A stretch of 64,000 nucleotides of DNA from Methanobacteriota archaeon (GTDB lineage Archaea; Thermoplasmatota; Poseidoniia; Poseidoniales; Thalassarchaeaceae). The notes beneath the pieces were generated by a model. The model made no database searches and was not told where the DNA came from. It worked only from the letters and a program-made list of their open reading frames with translations. The stretch lies in NCBI GenBank assembly GCA_002718995.2, contig PBGL02000029.1, positions 10,210 through 74,209 of the forward strand. The letters are read 5' to 3'. Positions 57,144 through 64,000 of this stretch are shown here, one piece after another (position 1 is the stretch's first letter; every line of letters begins with the position of its first letter). Made by a program: the position numbers and the translations under genes.

Positions 57144-60100
57144 TCAGTCACCTCCGATGAATGTGGCAAATAGCGTCAGAATACCCGAGGATATTGGCTC
57201 TACCACCATGATGTGATGAGTGGGGCCGTCGAATCCAGGAATCATGTTCAGCAACGAAAGATCCGAGGCAAGGCCGTTCACTCCCAATGTCGTCGCAGTT
57301 GGGACGCCAGAAGTTGTTTGGGCATCAAGAAGAACGCCTCTCAAATCAAAGGTCTGCCCTGCTAGTTCCGCTGATGCGCGAGCGGATACGATGATTCTAC
57401 CGCCCTGTACGTCGGAAATTTCGATTACTCCATACAATCTTCCGAATTCATGGACATGAATTGTGGCGCTCTTCAGGTCCTCGCCTAGAGCCTCCATCTC
57501 TTCCATGGTGACTGGGGGGGTGGCTGGTATGTTGCTGGATCTGATGTATATCCTATCCACTCCATCTCCACCGGATCTGACTTCAAGTCCGAATCCTTCA
57601 GTTGGCCTAATGACAAGGCTATCCGTCATTCCCTCGGCCAGTAGTATGGTATCGCCCCTCGTATTGATGGCCCTACCGGATGCCTCGATATAGAGTGACA
57701 TTCCCTCGCTCGAAGCGCTGAAGTCCAGTATTGGCATTCCCTGGAATGCGAGGCTTTTGGTGATGTCAAAATTTGGGTCTGGTTCGGTTGTGAGGTTGAT
57801 TGACCCGGGTAAATCAGTGAGGAATACCGTGGCAGGGTGCCATGATGAGTCTAGCCATTGCATCTGTTGCATCATTATCGATTTGATTCCGATTCCTTCC
57901 CTGAGGTAGACGTCTGGCACCGTCATGTCAATGGATATCGCAGTACCCAGACTTGCAGTAAAATCGACAGTCTCGGGAATTTCGTCGATCATTATCTCGG
58001 TTCTACTGCCTGCTTCCCTGTTGACCAGTAGAGCATGTACCCAATCTAATCTGTCGGTCATTGAATAGTGGGTAGACGTGGAGACCTCTGTAATTCCAGC
58101 AACCGTCTTGAATTCGAATGTTGATTCCACCAGGAGTCCTGTCTGTACACCTACTTCGAGGCCATTGAGAGTCATGAAGAGGTCTTGGCCATTTATCCCC
58201 TGGGCATAAATCATGAGTTCGCTATGTGCTGGGATCCAACCATCCAGACCCAGTTTGACATCCCAATCCTCGGTGTCGGTTCCCGATGTTCTAGAAATTG
58301 ACATGTCGACAACTGGAGGTAGGTCTGGAAGCCAAGTTCTGAGGTGGAAGCCGTCGGAGATTCCAGTTGAGGCAGCGTTGAATGACACCCCATGAACCCA
58401 AGGAGGGGCGACGAGAGTCCCGGAACCATGGCTGGATTCAACGGTTAGATCGAATGGTGCATCGGCCTCCAATTGCATTCCGAAAGAGAAATCTTCCTCT
58501 CCGGAACTTTCACCAGAGCCAGTCGAAATGTCAGTTGTAATCCCCGAGAGGACTGCATTCACCGAGCGCCCAAGGTCAGCAAATCCACCGAGGAAGAATG
58601 CTAGTCCAGAGAGGCCCATTGAGGTGTTGAGTTCGGGAACATCGAGTGTTGGACCTGAATCAGAGCCAGTGGGAATTTCTATTGAAACACTAGAGGGGAG
58701 AGGGTCGATTATTGCTAGGGCCGAAAGTTGGTCTTCATCACTTGTCGGGGCGTGGTCGACACTGATGCTAAGGGGCCTGTCTCCCGCAGCTGAGATGGAT
58801 GCTGTTCCCCTTCCAGCGGAACCGGATGCGCCCTCTTCGAGAGGAGGTAGCCAACTAGCATCCGAGATGCCTGAGATTCTGGATGAGATTGTTGAAGTCC
58901 CATCGTTGGGGTCGTGATGGAAGAGGAAATGGTCCCCTCCCATGGTGACTGGCAAGGAGGAGTTGGTGATTTGGGCCTCTATACTTCCAATTGATGATGT
59001 TGAGGACCAGCTCGATGAGCTACCGAACGTTGAAGAGAACTCCTCGGGGAAATCGGATATCCTTACTGCCTGCCTCTGATCATTGTCAATTCCGGTGTAT
59101 GTAATTGTCTCCATCGTGCTCGAGGCGGAGTACTGGGCATCTTCAGTAGTTAGGAACAGACTGATCTCGTCTGGGATGTCAGAAATTGAAAGTGCTTGAT
59201 GGGACGAATCAGAAATCGTCCCCTCGTCATGCTCGATATAGATGAAATTGAATTCCTCGGAGGAATCTGTACTGAGGTAAACGGTCAACTCGTCAAGTAC
59301 ATCATCATCGTCCAGCGTGAATGCTGAAAGCCCACTGAACCCGATACTAGCGGCAATCGGGACCAGTGGATCGACTAAAGCCCCAGACCTCCCGACCACT
59401 TGAGTAAGAGATCTATCATTTGCTAGAACCAAATGATCCCCCTGTAAGACCGGATGCTGGCTCGATCCCAGTTCCATTCCTATCCTAGAGATCGTGGTCG
59501 GAGTCCTCTGGGCACCCCAGTGATCATGCATCAGGAGGTTGAACTCTCTGCCCTGGAGATCACCTCCCGATCCGACACCCCCAGTTATCGCACTGACCAC
59601 TGTAGACGGAATGTCGTTTAGGGTAGAGCCGACATCCAAGTAAAGATCGACTAAATTGAGTATCAGGGAGTCCATTATTCTGGATACGAAATCCATATTC
59701 TCAGAATCATCGAGATCGGTATCATCGCCCTCCGAACCCCCGACATCGAATGACCCGAACAATACCAATGCAGGAGGTATGGAGTCCAATTCTATACTGA
59801 CTCTTCTGTGGTCTTCGGCTTGACCCCCCCTCTGGAACCATGATTGGTACTCGAGTGAATCAATGGTCTGGGCTGACCTCAGTAGGATCATACTGACTGG
59901 CGGATGCGCTGGGTTAACGGGGAGTGTGGGGTCATCCACGTTTGGACTGGTGTCCCTGGAGAAATTCTTGATGCCAAGAATCATTCCTAGGCGGCTTGGC
60001 CTTCCCCCTGGAAGATCTGGTTCATCTTCCGATCCAAGCATTCTGAAAATTCTCGTAATCTCACCGGGAGAGAGGGAGCCCTCAGGCATGCCCCTAATCC

Positions 60101-61526
60101 AACCGAGAGACTCGGTGATATTGCCAAATGCCCCTCCATTGTCCTCAGGAGGGGAATTGGATCGGTCCTCGTAGAAATGTATGTGCAAATCCGCTTTGCG
60201 ATCGGCGAAATACTCGACCGTAGTGAGGCTTCTGTCGCCTTCTATCCCACCCGCTGCTGGAAGGGTACTGTCTGTCCTGATTATCAGTTCCAGATCTCCC
60301 GGAATTACCATCGCTTCTTTGTTGGGGTGGATGTCTATGTTGATGTAAGCAAGCTCCCATAGGCCCCTCACCCCGTCTGAATCTGGGGGTGCGAAGTGGC
60401 CGTACCCTAAACCGACAGATACGCCGCAGTCAATCTCATCCGAAGGCAGGAAAAGGAGTTGGTCTGGAGTATATCTATCGGGGCAGGTATCCATATTGCT
60501 TGAGTCGACAGAGATGGAGTAGGGGGCAGAGATTCCAATTAGTGTCATTCCCGTACCATCGAAATTTGATGAGAAGATGTTTAGGATGGCCTGGATGAGG
60601 TCTTGCATTACCGCGCTGGCATTGAAGAACACTCTCTCGATACCGACTTCCAATGAGAACTGATTCGGCATTGTATTGAACGAGGAATCGACCACCCAAA
60701 TGTAACTCTCACCATCCCCCAAGGCCAGTATTGAGTCGGGACTAGAGTATGCGAACGCCTTGATGAGGGATACCTGTAACGTGTCAACTTCATCCCACAT
60801 TGGATCGGTTGTACTCGAGTCTAGAACATCTACTGAATACGTAATTGCTGGCTGTATCCATAGAGTCCCCGAATCTGAGATGATATTGTCAAGACCTATG
60901 GGGCCAAGAGATATTCCTAGGCCAACCTGGATATCGTCATCTCCGTCGTTATCAACGTCGACAGCGTGGCTCAGAGGATCAGTCTGGAGATTCAAAAGTG
61001 AAAGGAAATTTGCAGTGAAGGTGACTACCTCGGTATTCCTTATGACGTTGCCATCCAGATCCTTGAATTCAGTAAGAATGACGTAATCTGTGATGTTGAC
61101 CAGAGTCTGCCAAACATTGTCAACCTGTCCGGTGGAGCCGTCCTCTATTCCGAGAATCACATTGTAGGGAAGTGGGTGATCTGGTGACGGTGGGGAAGTC
61201 TCGACCATAGATGAGTCAACCAGTGCCTCTCCTATCGACGACAGTGGTTGGTTCGGGCCGCTATCTGAAATTCCATCCCGAACTGCATCCAACGAGGGTC
61301 CTGCAATCTGTCCGACTGAATTCGAATCTAAAACGTCTTGACGCTGTCCGAGAACACTATCCAAGTCATCGAGAATCTGGAAGTCCTGAGACTCTATCCT
61401 AGCCTCGGCATTGACGCTGGAAATCGGTGAGAACAGGGGCAATAGAAGTATCATTACAATCAGGATGCTGGTTGAATTGTAAGATCGCGGCGCATGGTGA
61501 ATCACCCTGACACTGCCACTGTTCAT
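57144..61526 (-). CDS. giant secreted protein, no recognisable domain (orphan)
   Basis: 1460 aa. Signal peptide STSILIVMILLLPLFSPISSVNA, acidic Ser/Thr/Asp-rich, one DVDNDGDDD Ca-binding-like loop, short hydrophobic C-terminus (GILTLFATFIGGD). The uninterrupted 4.4-kb ORF supports coding. Confidence 0.75.
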   Translation of the reverse strand: MNSGSVRVIHHAPRSYNSTSILIVMILLLPLFSPISSVNAEARIESQDFQILDDLDSVLGQRQDVLDSNSVGQIAGPSLDAVRDGISDSGPNQPLSSIGEALVDSSMVETSPPSPDHPLPYNVILGIEDGSTGQVDNVWQTLVNITDYVILTEFKDLDGNVIRNTEVVTFTANFLSLLNLQTDPLSHAVDVDNDGDDDIQVGLGISLGPIGLDNIISDSGTLWIQPAITYSVDVLDSSTTDPMWDEVDTLQVSLIKAFAYSSPDSILALGDGESYIWVVDSSFNTMPNQFSLEVGIERVFFNASAVMQDLIQAILNIFSSNFDGTGMTLIGISAPYSISVDSSNMDTCPDRYTPDQLLFLPSDEIDCGVSVGLGYGHFAPPDSDGVRGLWELAYINIDIHPNKEAMVIPGDLELIIRTDSTLPAAGGIEGDRSLTTVEYFADRKADLHIHFYEDRSNSPPEDNGGAFGNITESLGWIRGMPEGSLSPGEITRIFRMLGSEDEPDLPGGRPSRLGMILGIKNFSRDTSPNVDDPTLPVNPAHPPVSMILLRSAQTIDSLEYQSWFQRGGQAEDHRRVSIELDSIPPALVLFGSFDVGGSEGDDTDLDDSENMDFVSRIMDSLILNLVDLYLDVGSTLNDIPSTVVSAITGGVGSGGDLQGREFNLLMHDHWGAQRTPTTISRIGMELGSSQHPVLQGDHLVLANDRSLTQVVGRSGALVDPLVPIAASIGFSGLSAFTLDDDDVLDELTVYLSTDSSEEFNFIYIEHDEGTISDSSHQALSISDIPDEISLFLTTEDAQYSASSTMETITYTGIDNDQRQAVRISDFPEEFSSTFGSSSSWSSTSSIGSIEAQITNSSLPVTMGGDHFLFHHDPNDGTSTISSRISGISDASWLPPLEEGASGSAGRGTASISAAGDRPLSISVDHAPTSDEDQLSALAIIDPLPSSVSIEIPTGSDSGPTLDVPELNTSMGLSGLAFFLGGFADLGRSVNAVLSGITTDISTGSGESSGEEDFSFGMQLEADAPFDLTVESSHGSGTLVAPPWVHGVSFNAASTGISDGFHLRTWLPDLPPVVDMSISRTSGTDTEDWDVKLGLDGWIPAHSELMIYAQGINGQDLFMTLNGLEVGVQTGLLVESTFEFKTVAGITEVSTSTHYSMTDRLDWVHALLVNREAGSRTEIMIDEIPETVDFTASLGTAISIDMTVPDVYLREGIGIKSIMMQQMQWLDSSWHPATVFLTDLPGSINLTTEPDPNFDITKSLAFQGMPILDFSASSEGMSLYIEASGRAINTRGDTILLAEGMTDSLVIRPTEGFGLEVRSGGDGVDRIYIRSSNIPATPPVTMEEMEALGEDLKSATIHVHEFGRLYGVIEISDVQGGRIIVSARASAELAGQTFDLRGVLLDAQTTSGVPTATTLGVNGLASDLSLLNMIPGFDGPTHHIMVVEPISSGILTLFATFIGGD

Positions 61527-61529
61527 ACT

Positions 61530-61548
61530 CGCACCTCATAGAGGTGCG
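61530..61548 (-). promoter_or_regulatory. hairpin cgcacctc-ata-gaggtgcg pairing the Shine-Dalgarno of the 1460-aa gene with its exact complement
   Basis: The mRNA sense reads CGCACCUC-UAU-GAGGUGCG-AGU-AUG. GAGGUG is the only SD-like element and sits 5 nt from the ATG at 61526. The 8-bp perfect stem was read directly. Confidence 0.4.
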
Positions 61549-61611
61549 CTAAAGGGTATTGCCCTGCTTGAGTTCGCTGTAGTCATTGTTATGTAATGCC
61601 CCATTGAAGAT

Positions 61612-63999
61612 TCACGCTAAGCTGACTCTCTCAATTGACCCACAGTGTGGGCATGCGGTCTTGGCTGAGTTGACACCTTCCGGGAGCTCGAGCTCGAACA
61701 GCTTCCCGCAAGAAGAGCAAGCCTGCCTAACCTTCCTTTCTTCGACTGGGTCCGCCTGCTCGTCAGTAGGACTCCAATTCTCGGTGCTTGTATCCGGCTC
61801 ATCATCGAAAGTGTACTCGACTACTCCCTCCTCCAAGTTAACCGGTGGCTCTTCATCGTCAAAGGCACTCAGTAGCTCCTCGGCAGCGCTCGGAGGGGAG
61901 TCCGAGGGGGCCTTTTCCTCGGGTGACAAAAGATCTGCCATCTCATCTCCGATCTCCATTGACTGGGGGTCCTGGGTTGCCGCTTCAGGTAATCCGGACA
62001 TCCCACTTGAGAATCCCCCATATGGCTGGGAAGGGGCTATGTTGGAGCCGCCTGTGCTCCACATCGCCTTCTGTTCTTCAGCGGTCATCTCCCTTGGAGC
62101 CTCCTCCTCTGTCTTGGGCTCCTCCTCTGCCATCATGGCAGCCATTCTCCTGTTGGTGGATATCCTCATCAAAACGAGGGATAGAATTACGATAAACAGT
62201 ATGGCGGCACCTGCAATCATCAACATCTCGGTGGATGAAAGTGAGTTGCCTTCCGTTCCGTCGGTAACCGTCAGGAGTATCTCTGACTCAGAGACTAATC
62301 CAGCCTCATTCTGTACTCTGCATATTACACGATACACACCAATTTCTTCGAATGCGTGGAGTACCACTGGTCCGCTGGCGTCTTCGTCATTGTTCGTATC
62401 GCCATCACCATCGGAGTCGGTCATTGCATCGAAGTCCCATGAGAAATACAGGTTGGTTGATTCTGGATCAGAGAAACCGATGCTCAGCCTAGTGGTCTCT
62501 CCGACGACTGTACTAGACTCCTCGTCATACTCCTCCGATACTGGAGGTGTCGAATCGTAGAGGCTGATCACTGCTGTGTCCTCAGATGACATTCCCGACC
62601 TGTCAGTAACACGCAGGGTGATGGTGTGCTCGCCCGAAGTCTCGTTTGAGCCGAAAGAATGTGAGAATGAGTCCGCTCCGGAGAGGTCCCCTGAGAAAGA
62701 GGCAGAAATTTCCCCATCTACCAACCACTCCACCAAAGAGACCCCCCAGTTATCTGAGAAGTCTGCACTCAGGATCACGGCCTCGTTGAATGATCTCTCA
62801 ACTACTCCATTCACCTGAATATTTGACTCAGGGGGCGTGATGTCAGAAACCTGTACCTCTTGGTAAACACTGGTACTCCTTCCATCCGTCGAAAGAATCG
62901 TTAGCCTGATGGTTACATTTGTTGGCTCGCTCCAACTCACGTTTACCATCGTTCCAGAGTTGTCATCAAATCCATCGCCGTCTGTGTCCCACGAGAATCC
63001 TGATTCGGGTACCTGCTCAGAGAGATTTGGCGTTTCAGTGGCATCTAGGGTCACAATGGATCCCACATCAACGACACCAGTGGATGCATCACCGCCGATA
63101 ACCGGCTCTAGTATTGGAGTTAGGACCATGACTACTGTAGTGGCGATGGGTAGAGTTCCAGCGCCGCCACCCGAGGGCCCTGCCCTGTTGTCGACGACCA
63201 AGTAGAGGTCGGTCCCCTCGAGGGATTCAGGTGCAGTCCAGACTATGCTCCTGTCGGCGGTAATTAGGAGCATGTCGGTCCCCGAGACCCTAGTGGCTGC
63301 GGTTCCTCCCGCCTCATAGAGGTCCACTTGGGATTGGGTCATCAAGAAGACGTCTGGCGCTCCTTCCATCGTGCTTGCCTGGATACTTACCTGTGTCCCA
63401 GCGTCCAAAACGAATGGTCCGTGAAGGAGAGAGTGTCCCCCAGCCTCCAGACGGACGATGGTATCAGCAAGGGTGAACGGAGCAGGGGAGATGATTCCAG
63501 CGTCCAGGGTTACCGATGCCGTGCCTCCTCCCTGCGCACCATTTGATGAGTCCTGAGGGTGGTTTAGATTATCGAACACCATGTACCACCTTGTTGGATC
63601 CCTGTCATCAGGTACCGTCCAGTGCCAAGAGCCGGTTCCATTGAACGACTCGAACACTGAGTCCCTCTCCCAAACCAAGTCGCTTCTGTAAGACTGTTCA
63701 TTCTGATAGACTGTTATGGCGTTAGCAGAGAATAGTAGTATGTCTATTGCTGAGTCGGTTACAATATCAAAAGAGAGCGTCTGACCCGGATTCAACTCAC
63801 CGAGATCTAGTCTTGCACATGCCTGGTCACCTAGCTCCCAGTTGGCCGGCATCATCGAAAGATCTGCGTTTACGCAGGATATTACCCCCTTGCTATCGGC
63901 CTCGGCGATTGGCCCCGCGAATGACAAGAGTAGGATAGCTAGGATGGTTGAAGACGCTGCCCTCATAGGCCGAGCGTCAACGCTTGCCTTTTGAATCAT
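61612..63999 (-). CDS. surface protein: signal peptide, two tandem N-terminal modules, three PKD-like domains, TM, long acidic cytoplasmic linker, C-terminal zinc ribbon
   Basis: PKD-like blocks (FSWDTDGDGFDD...; YFSWDFDAMTDSDGDGD...). TM MLMIAGAAILFIVILSLVL. C-terminal CSSCGKLFELELPEGVNSAKTACPHCG. The ORF reaches the window edge, so the 5' end may be truncated; Met12 (63966) gives a good signal peptide. Confidence 0.75.
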   Translation of the reverse strand: MIQKASVDARPMRAASSTILAILLLSFAGPIAEADSKGVISCVNADLSMMPANWELGDQACARLDLGELNPGQTLSFDIVTDSAIDILLFSANAITVYQNEQSYRSDLVWERDSVFESFNGTGSWHWTVPDDRDPTRWYMVFDNLNHPQDSSNGAQGGGTASVTLDAGIISPAPFTLADTIVRLEAGGHSLLHGPFVLDAGTQVSIQASTMEGAPDVFLMTQSQVDLYEAGGTAATRVSGTDMLLITADRSIVWTAPESLEGTDLYLVVDNRAGPSGGGAGTLPIATTVVMVLTPILEPVIGGDASTGVVDVGSIVTLDATETPNLSEQVPESGFSWDTDGDGFDDNSGTMVNVSWSEPTNVTIRLTILSTDGRSTSVYQEVQVSDITPPESNIQVNGVVERSFNEAVILSADFSDNWGVSLVEWLVDGEISASFSGDLSGADSFSHSFGSNETSGEHTITLRVTDRSGMSSEDTAVISLYDSTPPVSEEYDEESSTVVGETTRLSIGFSDPESTNLYFSWDFDAMTDSDGDGDTNNDEDASGPVVLHAFEEIGVYRVICRVQNEAGLVSESEILLTVTDGTEGNSLSSTEMLMIAGAAILFIVILSLVLMRISTNRRMAAMMAEEEPKTEEEAPREMTAEEQKAMWSTGGSNIAPSQPYGGFSSGMSGLPEAATQDPQSMEIGDEMADLLSPEEKAPSDSPPSAAEELLSAFDDEEPPVNLEEGVVEYTFDDEPDTSTENWSPTDEQADPVEERKVRQACSSCGKLFELELPEGVNSAKTACPHCGSIERVSLA

Positions 64000-64000
64000 A

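Noticed and set aside
61586-62560. 324-aa plus-strand ORF, extremely Ser-rich (SSSS runs)
   Set aside because: It is entirely antisense to the acidic (GAx-rich) cytoplasmic linker and PKD region of the 795-aa gene. Its low-complexity Ser/Leu composition is the expected mirror of Glu/Asp codons, so it is a shadow ORF.
1-64000. Search by eye for CRISPR arrays, rRNA/tRNA genes, transposases/integrases, toxin-antitoxin pairs and known defence genes
   Set aside because: I saw no regularly spaced direct repeats, no cloverleaf-capable spacer sequence, no DDE/tyrosine-recombinase-like ORF and no small paired ORFs. The spacers are too short to hide such elements. A computational scan (tRNAscan-SE, Infernal, minced, DefenseFinder) would be needed to be certain.

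Overview
This window is an archaeal chromosomal segment that is almost entirely coding. I call about 52 protein genes. By eye I found no rRNA, tRNA, CRISPR array, transposase or integrase.

Archaeal hallmarks:
- CDC48/VAT
- the aIF-1A / RIO1 / KH(Dim2-like) trio
- Hjc resolvase
- MC1 chromatin protein
- Sec11-type signal peptidase
- a presenilin-like GxGD protease
- split nuoJ, and a nuoABCDHIJKLMN operon without nuoEFG

The proteins are strongly acidic. The window also has giant secreted proteins, a very large S8 peptidase and a methylcrotonyl-CoA carboxylase (leucine catabolism) cluster. Together these suggest a marine heterotrophic Thermoplasmatota genome of the Poseidoniales / Marine Group II type. 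That placement is inference only.

Layout:
- 1-5.8 kb: DUF4350-like / DUF58 membrane module downstream of CDC48 and a PRC-barrel gene.
- 5.9-11.3 kb: aldehyde dehydrogenase, and a three-gene succinate dehydrogenase with a single large membrane anchor.
- 11.4-25 kb: mixed housekeeping genes (MC1, RAM-domain protein, macro domain, Hjc, M50 protease, signal peptidase, Lhr helicase, dCMP deaminase, FolC, presenilin homologue).
- 25-29 kb: serS, a YdeP-type molybdoenzyme and a DUF4126-like membrane protein.
- 29.2-33.8 kb: acyl-CoA carboxylase / hydratase cluster.
- 35.1-37.3 kb: KH, RIO1 and aIF-1A.
- 37.4-49.2 kb: nuo operon.
- 49.3-64 kb: five co-directional genes for very large cell-surface proteins.

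Every gene from 26334 to the right edge is on the minus strand.

Most of the window is ordinary core genome. The part most worth a second look is the surface locus. Two of its type-I surface proteins, one of them an S8 protease, end in cytoplasmic zinc-ribbon-like tails. It also holds a 1460-aa orphan protein translationally coupled to a small anchored partner. The few spacers there carry perfect short hairpins, and one of them pairs the ribosome-binding site of the 1460-aa gene with its exact complement.

Secondary oddities are large lineage-specific insertions in NuoI, NuoH and NuoL, and a signal peptidase coupled to an unknown 4-TM protein.

All family calls come from motifs read in the translations. 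No database search was run.
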